A stretch of 64,000 nucleotides of DNA from Okamejei kenojei. Taxonomy: Eukaryota. Position 1 is the first letter of the stretch, and every line of letters begins with the position of its first letter. Both the position numbers and the translations under genes were made by a program. Under the pieces are notes generated by a model that searched no databases, was not told where the DNA came from, and was given only the letters and a program-made list of their open reading frames with translations. The stretch lies in assembly GCA_035221665.1 (NCBI GenBank), contig CM069157.1, forward strand, positions 11,842,001 to 11,906,000, written 5' to 3'. Shown here piece after piece: positions 51,584 through 64,000 of the stretch.

Positions 51584-53219
51584 CAGTGCCCTCCATAATG
51601 TTTGGGACAATGACCCATCATTTATTTATTTGCCTCTGTACTCCACAATTTGAGATTTGTAATAGAAAAAGATCACGTGTGGTTAAAGTGCACTTTGTCA
51701 GATTTTAATAAAGGCCATTTTTACACATTTTGGTTTCACCATGTAGAAATTACAGCAGTATTTATACATAGTCCTCCCCATTTCAGGGCACCATATTGTT
51801 TGGGACACGGCAATGTCATGTAAATGAAAGTAGTCATGTTTAGTATTTTGTTGCATATCCTTTGCATATAATGACTGCTTGAAGTCTGTGATTCATAGAC
51901 ATCACCAGTTGCTGGGTGTCTTCGCTGTGATGCTCTGCCAGGCCTGTATTGCAGCCATTTTTGGCTTATGCTTGTTTTGGGGGCTAGTCCCCTTCAGTTT
52001 TCTCTTCAGCACATAAAAGGGGTGTCAATTGGGTTCAGACCGGGTGATTGACTTGGCCACTCGAGAACTGACCACCTTTTAGCTTTGAAAAACTCCTCTG
52101 TTGCTTTAGCAGTATGTTTGGGATCATTGTCTTGCTGTAGAATAAACCGCCGGCCAATGTGTTTTGGGGCATTTGTTTGAACTTGAGCAGATAGGATGTG
52201 TCTAAACACTTCAGAATTCATTATGCTACTACCATCAGCAGTTGTATCATCAATGAAGGTAAGTGAGCCAGTACATTCAGCAGCCATACATGCCCTGGCC
52301 ATAACACCCCCACCACCGTGTTTCACAGAGGAGGTGGTATGCTTTGGATCTTGGGCAGTTCCTTTTCTCCTCCATACTTTGCTCTTGCCATCACTCTGAT
52401 ATAAGTTAATCTTCGTCTCACCTGTCCATGAGACCTTTTTCCAGAACTGTGGTTGCTCTTTTAAGTACTTCTTGACAAACTGTAACCTGGCCAATCTATT
52501 TTTTGGCAGCTAACCAGTGTTTTGCATCTTGCAGTGTAGCCTCTGTATTTTTGTTCATGAAGTGTTCTGCATACAGTGGTCATTGACAAATCCACACCTG
52601 AAGTGCTTCTGATCAGTCGGAGAGGTGTTTGGGGATTTTTCTTTATTATTGAGAGAATTATTCTGTCCTCAGATGTGGAGGTCTTCCTTGGCCTGCCAGT
52701 CCCTTTGCGATTAGTAAGCTCACCAATGCTCTCTTTCTTCTCAAGGATGTTCTGAACAATTGATTTTGGTAAACCTAAGGTTTGGCTGATGTCACAGTTT
52801 CATTCTTGTTTCTCAGTCTCATAATGGCTTATTTGACTTTCAATGGCACACTTTTGGTCCTCATATTGATAAACAGCAATAAAAGTTTCCAAATGTGATG
52901 GAAAGACTGGAGGAAAGACTAGGCACGGCGAGCTCTCTTATACATGCATTAAGGAGGCAATTAAACACACCTGAGCAATTGCAAACACCCGTGAATCCAT
53001 GCGTATCAAACATTATGGTGCCCCGAAATGGGGGGACTATGTATAAATACAGCTGTAATTTCTACATGGTGAAACCAAAATGTATAAAAATGGCCTTTAC
53101 TAAAATCTGACAATGTGCACTTTAACCACATGTGATTTTATCTATTACAAATCTCAAATTGTGGAGTACACCGACATGTAAATGATGGGTCTTTGTCCCA
53201 AACGTTATGGAGGGTACTG
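51584..53219 (-). mobile_element. Full-length (1636 bp) decayed Tc1/mariner DNA transposon, IR/DR type
   Basis: TIRs of about 220 bp (51584-51808, 53001-53219) starting CAGTGCCCTCCATAA, with inner direct repeat ccat(a/t)atgtttgggaca. TA at the right flank, CA at the left. Confidence 0.92.
51840..52864 (-). pseudogene. Tc1 DD34E transposase pseudogene
   Basis: ORF 52006..52494: WTGETK...VKHGGGGVM...LQQDNDPKH...WPSQSPGLNPID (first D>G, catalytic E>D). Putative ATG at 52864 is followed by an early stop and frameshifts. Confidence 0.85.
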
Positions 53220-54119
53220 TATACTGGAGGAGTCTCTGCTTCTATCCTTTCTGAATTTTGCATATTGATTTTAAATTCCTACATATGATCCTCTCAGAAT
53301 CACCTGTGTTCCTATGAGGAGAGATGCATGGTGAACATGAAGAAGCAAAACAATAAATATTGGAATGCTTCAGAGACAGGATGTCCTGCAACATCTAAAG
53401 GCAGAATCTATTTAGTTAAGAAAGGATGCAATTACACTGTAGTTACATACAGCTCTGGTTGCCAAATATTAAGTAGGATGTTGAGGGGCAAATTTCACAG
53501 GTACTTTGCAGAGATGTGTAAACAGCAGGTTGTTATTGTCCAAACTGTACAAGGCATTCTGGAATCTAAGAAATTTTGGATATTGACAAGCAGTGTATCC
53601 ACCATCTCCAAAGCTTGGGGATTTGTTGGCTTTCAGTCCCATCAATTTCTCCATTTTGTTTTGGTAACTAATGTTACTTTCTTTGAGCTCTGCATTTATT
53701 CAAGACCTCCACCATTTTTAGGTGTTCTTTATTTTAAGGCGGTCGATTATAATTTCTCTGCCACTATTTCTTAAGAAAATTGTTGGTGTATCTTGCACTC
53801 ATTTTCTGTTGTCCCTTTCTTCGCCAATATCTTGGCCCTCCTTTGTAGAATTCTGACATTTTCTAATCCTTCCGTCTAATGATCTATCGGGCAATGTAAC
53901 TTTGAACACTGGAAGAATACCCCAGCAAGAATAAACACCTCCAGGGAAGAAATGTGAACTGGCAACATTTATTGAACATATCATTTTGTCATAGAACAAT
54001 ATAGTAAACCCTTGTTATAATGGATCTAGGGGGGAAGGGGCAGGGGGAAAAGAAGAGATGGTCCACTATTGCCGATTGTCTACTATAACCGAGGGGTGTA
54101 TTATCATTGTATAAATTGT

Positions 54120-54297
54120 TAGAAACAAACAACTGGAGTGCTGGTTAATATACAAAATGACACAAAGTGCTGGAGTAACTCAGCAGGTCAGACCCGAAAC
54201 ACTACGTATCCATGTTCTCCAGAGATTCTGTCCTGCTGAGTCACTCCAGCACTTTGCATCTTTTTGAATATTAACCTGTATCTGCAGTTGTTTCTAC
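54120..54297. mobile_element. Fold-back Penelope-derived element (ribozyme core largely deleted)
   Basis: aaagtgctggagtaactcagcagg ... cctgctgagtcactccagcacttt; inverted ends tagaaacaa/ttgtttcta. Confidence 0.7.
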
Positions 54298-55589
54298 AGC
54301 TGAACTTAGTATTGCAATAATTTGAAGGCAATATTTATTGTAATTACAGGAATTAATTCATTTAATTTATGTATTCTAGTGTCAAAGGATTCAAGTGAAC
54401 TCCAATTTATTAGATCTTTGCCAGTCTCTTGCTCAGAGCGAGGGAAGCAGTTTTTGAACATTAAGGCAATGTGAAATCAGTTCTTCATAGGGATAAAAGG
54501 TTAACAGCATACACAAGAATGCATGTATAGAATTACATTCAGATTTGTTCAATTCATTTATTCATATTCATATTTGTTCGGAACAAATAAACAAACAATA
54601 ATAATAATAATATCCATCTAAAACCAGCATAGCAAATGGTCAGCAAACAGGATTTCTAAAATTGGAGAAAGGTTTATCCTAATAACATGGATTTTCTTGG
54701 ACTTTTTAAGCTTGGACTAGTAATATTATTTATTATTAGTTTAGCCAATCAGAGGTTTTATGTACTTTAAAAAGGAAGGAGGAAATTGAGGTAACATTTA
54801 AAGCTTTATAAGTTTAATGATTTACCTACCAAAATGTTATAGAGTTGCTCCATTTTCTCCCATGTGAAACCAGACAACCACTATAGTTTTTTAAATGAAT
54901 GGCAAAACAAAAAGGACGTCAAGTTTAATGTAGGCTATCCACATCAGACGTAGGAAACATTTATAGGAGCTGTGAAGGAACAATGGGACTTTCTCATTTC
55001 AAATAAAAAACCTGTATAACGTGTAGTAATAGATATAAACATATCTTCCTGCTAATCAGGAGGGCTAACGGGATGTTGTGTGGGTTGCCAAAGCAAAGGG
55101 ACGGAGTATGCACCAATTGCACGAGGCACTTGACTTTAGAAAAGATATACTAGCCTGGAAATGGATGCAGCCTGAAAAATTACACAGCTAAGGATTTAAA
55201 TTGTCAGTACACTGTATATACACAGAAAATTATTAAACATTGTGAATGTGTAAAATTTCCCAGTACTGGTGAAGAGTACGATCTTAAAACCAGTCAAGAG
55301 TGAATCAAGAAATTCTGCTATACAAGTGTGCTGAAAATCGATTTCTCACTCCAAAACTGGAACACTGTATCTAATCCTGGTCATATAATTTTAGGAAAGT
55401 GAAGATTCTGGAGAAAGGGCGAGGGATGTCAGTAATAAGGGTGCACTGCAAAATGCGACATAATTTGCTCCATAAAACAAAGAACCTTGAGAGAAGGTTA
55501 GACGTGAAAAGATCATGACCTGTTTCAGTAGTGAATAGAGGGAAACAGATCCACACAATGGATGATTCAAGAAGAGATGAAAATAAAGT

Positions 55590-55830
55590 GTGAAGCAAGG
55601 AGGTAAGGATAGAAAAAATGTGAATTGTGAAGCCAGAAGGAGGAATATAGATGGAAGAGGACAGGAGAGCGGAGGGAGAAATAGCTTGAATCTAGATGGG
55701 GCACAGGGAGGGCAGAAAAGGGGAGGGGAGATGGGAAAGGAGTGCAGGTTAGTAACATAAAATTGGAGAATTATTTTGGTTGGTAGCTGCCCATGCAGAG
55801 TAGGTATCATTGTTGGGCAAGGTCAAGAGC
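55590..55830 (-). mobile_element. Penelope-type terminal repeat remnant (purine-rich part)
   Basis: gtgaattgtgaagccagaaggaggaa... similar to 6600-6800. Confidence 0.5.
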
Positions 55831-56674
55831 CAAGTCAAGAGTGGTTATTTGCCATATGCATACCAGGTATGAACCACAATTTGCTGCAGTTTGACAACAC
55901 ACAAGGCACCATTATGGCAAAAATGTAAATCTTCCAACCATAAAATGGCGACGGCAGAGAAGAATGTTGGGAATAAGTCTGTGTATGGCACCAAATTAAA
56001 AATGCTGAGAAAGCAATGCCGATTGGACATATTATAGTGCGAGTTTATTAACAAGGGGTGATTATAGTCAGATATGATCAAACGAGTTTCACTCATTATG
56101 CAGCTTTATTTCCGTGTATAAATTCAGTATATAAATTTACAGCAAATGTGTTTTTTTGCAGTTGAAAACAAGATATCAATCTGCATTATGGGCAAAGAGC
56201 AAAGCTTGGCCATATATGACCATGAAACATTTGTAGAAGTTGATTCTAATATGTCCCAGGGTGCTTGCTCACTCAAACACCATAAAGGGCCAGTGGTGGT
56301 AACTTGCATTTTGGCATTGCACAGAAAATAAAATGAACTCATCTGCAGTACACAGAGGCTAGATTGATTCACTGACTCTCACAAACGATCAAATCTGTCA
56401 GCGGATCTACGTATTCAGTCAAGCAACCAAAGGAACAGGAAGAGGGAAAAAAGCTTCCAAAACAGCAGTTTATCTTCTAAAAAAAACTGCAAACATCATT
56501 CAGTAAAACCCAATATGCAAATGAGAGAAGCAGGATTATATGAGCAACATCTTAGCGTAGTTGGCTGTACGAATTCCTAAATATGTAATAGCGGTTCAAC
56601 TTGATCAATTGAAGAACGCAAATTTCCATTACCTTCTGCACTTCTACCGCTCAACTTTACAAAAAATATATAGA

Positions 56675-57205
56675 ATTGAGAGTTAAAGGGAGAGCTCCCT
56701 CAAAGTGGCAACACAGTAGAGAGGATAGTAAGGCTGGTGATGGCATGCTTGCCTTCTTCACTCAGGGCACTGAATATAAAAGTCAGGAAGTCATGTTACA
56801 TCTGTATAAAGCTTTGGTCGGACCGCATTTGGAGTATTGTATGCAGTCTGGTCGCCGCATTACAGGGGGGACGTGGAGGCTTTGGTGGGGCTGCAGGCGA
56901 GAATCAGTAGGATGTGCCTGGATTAGAGTATTTGCCATAAAGATAGATTAAATAATCTTGAGTTGACAAAAATACTGGAGAAACTCAGTGGGTGAGGTGG
57001 CATCTATGGAGCAAAGGAAATAGGCGACGTTTCGGGTCGAGACCCTTCTTCAGACTTGCCTATTTCCTTCGCTCCATAGATGCTGCCTCACCCGCTGAGT
57101 TTCTCCAGCATTTCTGTCTATCTTCGATTTTCCAGCATTTGCAGTTCCTTCTTAAACAATCTTGGAATTGTTTTCTCTGGCGTGTTGGAGGCTGAGGGGA
57201 GACTA
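56675..57205 (+). mobile_element. CR1-type LINE fragment interrupted by a fold-back Penelope-derived element (56965-57157)
   Basis: ORF LYKALVGPHLEYCMQ; LINE resumes after the insertion; short direct repeat aatcttg on both sides. Confidence 0.8.
57026..57053 (-). ncRNA. Minimal hammerhead ribozyme motif, fully intact core
   Basis: Minus strand CUGAAGA-A-GGGUC(UC)GACCC-GAAAC-GUC, flanked by ~60-nt inverted arms (56965-57025, 57058-57118). Confidence 0.6.
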
Positions 57206-57624
57206 ATGACGATTGGTTTGTTGTATAAACTTTCTCAAGAGTAAAATCAGTTTGTATGCTAAAATTAAACTCTCCAAAGAACAGTAATAAACTAATTCTC
57301 TATGGAACTGCCAGCTATCCAAGTGCATAGCCACAAGCTCCATACACAATCGATTTTCCAGCTCAGAATACTTACGGAAACAATCTTTCAAAACTCCTAA
57401 CAGCCGTCTGAAGGAAGGTCTGGGAAAGTGGATAGGAAAGAGTCAATTTGCAAAAATGCAGCTACTGGTTTTGTTCATCGTCTCAACTTAAGAGCTGCAG
57501 CAAAAAACCTTTGAGCTTATATAGACTAACAAATTAAAAAAATATTTCCAAATGAAGGTACGGAATTCAGTAGTTATGTAGGTACTGAATTATTCCGACA
57601 TCATGCAAAGCCAGAACTAATTTT

Positions 57625-58540
57625 CAGATTAAATGGCTTGGTGATAGGAAGCAGAGACCCGTGGTACAAGGATGCTTTTCTGATTAGGGGCATGTGACCA
57701 GAGTGCAAGGCAGGGATCACTGCTGGGACGCTTCTTTGTGAAATGTAGAAATGCCTTGAATGTGAATGTAGGAAGCACAATTAGTAAGTTTGCAGATGAC
57801 ACGGAAATTGGTGGTGTCATGAACAGTGAGGCATGTTGTCTAAGGCTACATCAGGATATAGGTTAGATGGAAATGGGAGGACACTAAACAATGTTAATGA
57901 ACAGAGGAACCATGGGGTTCACCATGGTGAAGGTGGCATGTGGCAGGTTATCTTCATAGCACTGGACAAAGAATGTAAAAGTTAGGACATTATGTTGCAA
58001 CTTATAAAAAACTGGTTTTCTGCACTTGGGACTATTGTGTACACATTTTGTTGCCACTCACTGATATGATTGCAGTTGTGCTAGAGATTGACCAAAGGAG
58101 ATTCACCATTGCCTAGATTGGAGGACTTTAGTTATGAGGAGAGATTAGATAGACTGGGTCTGATTTTCCTGGTACAAAGGCAGTGGGACTGGATAAAAGT
58201 ATTAAAAAATGTAAGAGGAACAGATAAACATGCAGAACCTACTTACCCCCTATTATAGGGATATCCAAAACAAGAGGGCATAGATTAATGAGTTTTAAAG
58301 AGGATTTGAGGGGAAATGTTTTAAAACTTCAGAGAGTGGTTGATACTGGGAACTTGATGTTAGAGAAGGTGCTAGATTCAATGACAATGTTTAAAATATA
58401 TGTAAGACAGGCATTTAAATAGATAAAGGTAGAGAAGGATATAAACCTAGTGCACTTAAATAGGAGTAATGTATGCGGGAAAAAGATTGGTATGGATGTT
58501 GTGGACCAAAAAGGCACGTGTCCGTGCTGTACAACTCCAT
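57625..58540 (+). mobile_element. Decayed CR1-type LINE RT and 3' region
   Basis: attagtaagtttgcagatgacacggaaattggtgg (ISKFADDTEIGG, RT motif); acaagagggcatag. Confidence 0.75.
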
Positions 58541-61479
58541 GACCGTACTCCACTTGGCAGTGAACAACATACATCACTTCCATCAAAATTTGACAGACAA
58601 TGTGGGATTTGTAAATGCAAGTGACTAAATGGCTTAAACCAGACCAATTTACACAGGTTAGAACAGGATCACTTCTCTCATAAAGCAGTGAATCAATGTT
58701 TTTCAAGATTGGAAACTTTAAAATGACTGTCAGTGAATTATGCTTCTCCGCGACACAGGCAAGTGAACAGAAAAACTAGTTAAATGTATACACAGTGAAT
58801 CACATTTAATCCCGATTTAGGGTTCTCCCAACAATTTAATGGAAAATATTGGCACAATTTATAGATTTAATTCCAATTGGTAGCTGCAATTTGAGACATG
58901 CAGACTTTAGCTGTGTTCTCATTGCACCATGACACTAATATATTATGCATCCTGTATTTTCAAACTTGAACACATTGATTTGTCTGAGCCACTTTCCACA
59001 GTAATGTTATTCCACCCGTAAGAAGAACAGCTACAGGTCAAACGTAAACCAATGTGATTGCTGTGAATAGATAAATAATGCTGTAGGAAGCCCAAAAACA
59101 TCCTCTATCACTTCCTTCCTCACCAATCATCCAGGGAGGTATTTGGCAATGGCCATTCCATTCATGTGCAAATGGTTCCTTAAAACATCTTAATTAATTG
59201 TGCACTTTCCAATCACTGGACTCTGCCATCCCCAAATTGTCTGACCTTTTCTACATGAACAACACACATTTTAGCACTTCACTTCTGCTGCAATCATGTT
59301 TTGTTTCCAAATCAGAAATGATATCCAGAGTGAAAAGCCATTTTTATTCAATCTGCTAAATTGTTTGACCCTTGAATCCCAGTTACAATTTAGTTTGGTG
59401 GGAAGAGAGGGAACCTACAATTTTACATTATTCCAGATCTGTGCATCTTGGATTCTACAACAGTTCAGAAATCTAACTAAACAATTTGAACTTCTGACAT
59501 AGATTTAAAAATGTAATAAGTTTAGCAGATTCTATAGCTGATAACCCATAATTTGTACAGCATTTTAGCTTCATTGAACCCTGCACCTTTACAGATTAGC
59601 ATTAGAACCAGGAAAGACATTTAAAAAAATATTGATATGCACAAAGAAATCTGACTACCTATTCCAACTGAGGGGTTGAATGAACTATCTACCAAAAGCA
59701 AGCAGATCTCAAATTTCATCGTCAGACAGCAGTCAAAATCTGGAAGAGGTGAAAGCAGAGTCTATTCTTGAACACTAAAGGCAGCCTTATGCACATAGCT
59801 GTCTAAAGCCAGAAGCAGATCTACAATCACAGTCAAACCCAGTTAAAAACCCGTCCAATCATGCTATTTAGACAAAACTGCTGAATGACATAGAGCTGCA
59901 CATCTTCAAAAGGCAGGAGAAAACTGCAGCAAGGGAGGATTATTTGGCACAAACAGTTCTATCCTATTTCAACATTGTCAGCAGTGACCATCTCTCCCTC
60001 TTATGCACAAGATTAATTTGTGGTTTACTGGCAAAAACTATTTTTAATCCTCAAGGTTTGAAATATAGATACCAAATCTGGAGTACGGACACAATTCCTA
60101 AGATGATTATTAGCTTGAATTATTGATGCAGGATGTTATTGCACATAATAGCAAAGGTCCAGCAGATCAAGATCCCCCAGACTTACTTGCACATGTCTAG
60201 AGTTGCGAAGAACATTCAAGTTAAGTCTGGAATTGGAAGACAATATAGAACATGCAGCAGGAAAGCAATTTGCATTTTAGATTCACGCTAGGACTTTAAA
60301 AAACAGAATTGAGAAACTAAACACCAAACTCAATGTAACAGGATGCTTGGATTGACATAGCAAATAGGCACAAACAGGACCCTGGCACCCTGATTCAGCA
60401 TGACACATACAGACAGGAAGCAAGCTCCAAAATGGAGGCACAAGAATAGCAACAGGAAACAGGCCCCCAATGATGAATATCTATACACAGCCAATAGTAA
60501 GATAGCACCTAGCTCTGAAGGCAGCCTAACAATTTGAAAACACAAAGTGAACTACAACACATCCAAAAATTGCAAAGTGTACAATTTGTTTCACTTATTC
60601 TGTTTAACCAGGCAGTGGCTGATTTATGATTTATTCTCAGGACTGCAGAAGTCCATTTCAGTCTTGCATTCTTATTCACTCCTCTGTAAAAAATGCAACA
60701 GCATAATACTTGCCTACCAAGATGCAAGAAAGTGTACAAACCAACCGGATGTGCACAGGGGTTTGGCTTGCTATGTAGGCAACCGAACATTACCAGTAAA
60801 TGTCATCTTATTCTACACATTAGTAGATCACCACAACTATAGGACCCAGATCAACAAAATTAAATCAAGAATAAGTTAACTTTTACACACCAGGATCTTG
60901 CTGCAAACAGATAGCCAAATGTATAAAGATTGTCAATTATACAACTACAAAGAGCACATTCAAACTAACTACTCAACTCCAAGAATGTCTCACAGGATGG
61001 AGAATCGTACATTAAAAGTACATTAAAAAAATCTGACAAACGTACAGATTCAAGCTTCCTTTAAGTACAGTACAAACATTTCCCACTTACACATTGTTTT
61101 TGTGCTGCAACCTGGTCAAGCTGGGTTGGGACAAACCATTACATGTAGTAACGATCATTCATTGATAATGATGTGGGATAAGAAATATGTCTAATAATTG
61201 TGATCCAGCAGCAAAATAAAATTCAAATGTTGCCCAGAGAAACAATTACTTTCATACACTGGACTATTCAGAGACCAAATGACTGGGAACCTCCATCAAG
61301 TCAAACAAGTAAGGATGCCCCCAAGGCACTGCGTCCATTTCCAGTTGCCAACAGCAGAGATGTTGTTAGGCAGAGCGGATAGTTCCAGCATGATATGGTG
61401 TGGAAATACCACGCTTGCAATAAACACCAAAAGCTAGCCAGCAGAGAAAGGTGAGGAGGGCAGAATGTTTTAAGTTGTT

Positions 61480-62120
61480 TACATGGACTTCATTCAGTCT
61501 TTGACAAACTCCCGCATTGGGGAGTTTGTCCAAAAGGTTGGAGCTAATGGGATCCAATGATGTGGCAATCTAGATTCAATATTAATCTGGTTACGGGAAG
61601 CAGAGGGTGATGGAGGGATTTATTTTGTCCAATTTAAAGTCTGTCCACCAATATTGGGATGCTCATTGTTTGCAAATAAATCTGGAGAATGAGGTATGAA
61701 CAGCAAATTTGGAGATAAGACTGATGGCCAATGATAGGAGAGCTGTCTAAGTCTGTAGAATGATATAGATGATCTTAAAGAATGAGCAGAGCAATGGCAT
61801 TAATTTGCACGATTAGTAAGACCAATATATGTACAATTCAGTGCAGGTTATCTCAGGTTACAACAGGTTCTGAATCAATTGGGAAAGGAGTGGCAGATGG
61901 AATTGAACTCAGACAATGAGAAATGATAGATTTTGGGAAGCTATACCAGCTAAGGACATAGTGAATGGGAGGACCCTGGGGATGTTGCATAACCACAAAA
62001 CCATGGGGTGGAAGTAGACAGTTCTCTGAACATGGCCACATGGGTAGACAGGCAGTGAAGGCAGCGTTTGACTGCTTGCCTTCATTCATCGGTACAATAA
62101 GTGCAAGAAATGGGACGTAT
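61480..62120 (+). mobile_element. Highly decayed CR1-type LINE RT fragment
   Basis: tttacatggacttcattcagtctttgacaaactcccgcat (YMDF..FDK.PH-like); agcaaatttggagataag. Confidence 0.55.
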
Positions 62121-63190
62121 TGTTATCTAGCATCACCCATCACAAAAAATGCTCACCTCAATCTCTGTAATATCCCATCTCATTTTCTTTGGGTAATTAT
62201 TCATTCATGCACTACAAAGATGGAAATATCATGCTGCTAACTGAATTTCAAAAGCGTATTTCATTTATTTCTATACTACTACCACGGATGTACATCTTCT
62301 CTGATGACATTTCCCTCTCAGTCTACACTTTCTCCACTACTTTCACTGCCCAGTTGTCATGCTATTAGTCCAATATCCAGTATTAGATCTGCAGAAACTT
62401 TCTCCTATTAAGCAAACTCTCTTCAGTCACCAGCCGAACATGGTTATTTGCAGCCTGTCTCTCTATACGAGCCGAAAACCGAGATTCTAATTGCAAAACG
62501 TACTCATCATGACAGCTGCAAATTTTCATCTCAATAATACAGCATATCTTATTCCCTCCTCAAACCTCAGCCTTAATTTTACTGGGCAAACCGACACAAA
62601 TCACTCGATTTTTGACCAGACCTCCTCTAGATTATCCCTCCTCTATTGGTGGTGGAATATAATCAATTGCTTTTAATTCCACTATATCCATTAGCCCAGT
62701 CATAATTATAAGCACCACTCATTAAATTAGAAATCTGGACACCAAACTCTGGAGACTTTAATCATTATAACAAAGCTTAGATGTTGTATCATCTCTGTCC
62801 TATGAAAATTAACTTTATACGATCATTCTACATTAAACAAAAATTCAATTATCAGAATAAGTTGCCTATTTCAGACCTTTCAATATTTTCCAGTTTTATA
62901 CTGTTTTTGATCTGATCAAGCTATAACTTGACTTATACAACGGAGCAATATATAATGGGCCACTGGGCCAAATCATAAACACTAGATTTAACCTACACAC
63001 ACACAAGAAATCACAATATTCCAACAGTGGTAAAGTGCCTAACTGCCATAATATTCGAGGCAGCACAAGAAACTGGCGAATGAGAAAGCAGCAATGAACC
63101 TACCCTTACTTAAAAAAGTGGTCTACTAAATCACTTGATAACTATTGAATGTCCTTGTAGGTGCAAGAAAGGAACTGGAAGAGCACTCAC

Positions 63191-63301
63191 CGGCAGACTA
63201 GATGGACGCCCCTGCTGCATGAGGGTCAGCTCCTCCTGGTTGGGTTTGTTGGAAGTCAACCCTTGAGGAGCCTGAGTGGCAAATGCTTCCTGAGACAAAT
63301 C
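63191..63301 (-). CDS. ARID1A: ARID1A exon 4 equivalent (DLSQEAFATQAPQGLTSNKPNQEELTLMQQGRPSSLP)
   Basis: Acceptor tttttgtgctacagcag|GAT (alternative start at 63304), donor CCG|gtgagt. Ends in the RPSSLP motif. 111 nt, phase 0 into the next exon. Confidence 0.85.
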
Positions 63302-64000
63302 CTGCTGTAGCACAAAAACAGATCATTTGTAAATGTAGGTATTTTGTTCGGCTAAAAGGAAATACATTAAAGCCATAATGGTCAGAACTGCTCCAATTTG
63401 ATCTTACTAGTTAATCACCCCACTGTTCGTGATAAAGATGATTCGCTGCTTTCTCAATTAACAGCCAACTTTGCAACTTGTAACACAACTTTTTATTTGC
63501 AGGATTTTTTTGTTGGCTTAGTTTGTGAATGAAGCTTACTGAGGTCCGTGGACAATTAGCTAAACAGCAGCAGCAGAATGTTTAATTAGTCTCTGATCCC
63601 AGCATTGATCTTAGAAAACATGCACGTGTCAATACCAAAGGTGCAGTATTTTGTTCGCCCGAGACAAATTCTGTGCCAACACTCAACAGAGAACTAGAAG
63701 GAAGTTAAAGATCATGGGATTGTAACCTACTATGCACAACAAACTATGGAGAGAATGATCATGAACCTGCATACACAAGCAATTCTATCATTTATAAGTA
63801 AATGTACCTACAATCTACAATATCGCTGCAAACAACTGGCTTCTTCCACTCACATCTCAAAGTAACTACTCACTAGCACTAGAGTTAAGCGGACATTTAA
63901 TTAAAAAAAATCAGTAATTTCAATTCCTTTACAAGACAGTCAACTTCTTAACAGGCAAGCAAAAGGCACTGATGTTGTAACCAAGACCATTATAAATCCA

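Noticed and set aside
60468-60520. C/D-box snoRNA-like ATGATGA...CTGA
   Set aside because: Only about 50 nt, no good terminal stem, and antisense to the host gene

Overview
Vertebrate genomic DNA, most likely from a cartilaginous fish (skate/ray-type repeat landscape; this is an inference). The minus strand carries the 3' part of ARID1A (BAF250a, SWI/SNF subunit): 17 GT-AG coding exons equivalent to human exons 4-20, from 63301 down to the stop at 10801. They splice into one open frame of 4860 nt (1619 aa + stop) containing the ARID domain (exons 11-12) and the BAF250_C domain (exons 19-20). The 3'UTR runs into a 151-N assembly gap that probably hides the poly(A) site. Positions 1-9660 are repeat-rich intergenic DNA with no recognisable gene. 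Repeats include CR1-type LINE fragments, tRNA-derived SINEs, Rex1/Babar tails, a full-length decayed IR/DR Tc1 transposon and a TTAA-flanked MITE. There are also about 15 Penelope-like (GIY-YIG) retroelement remnants. The most notable signal is that their terminal repeats carry a minimal hammerhead-ribozyme motif (CUGAAGA-A-stem II-GAAACGUC). Several copies are fold-back hairpins, one with a perfect 14-bp target-site duplication. The two best-preserved ribozyme cores lie on the ARID1A pre-mRNA strand. Human exon sizes and UTR comparisons are from memory and need alignment to confirm.
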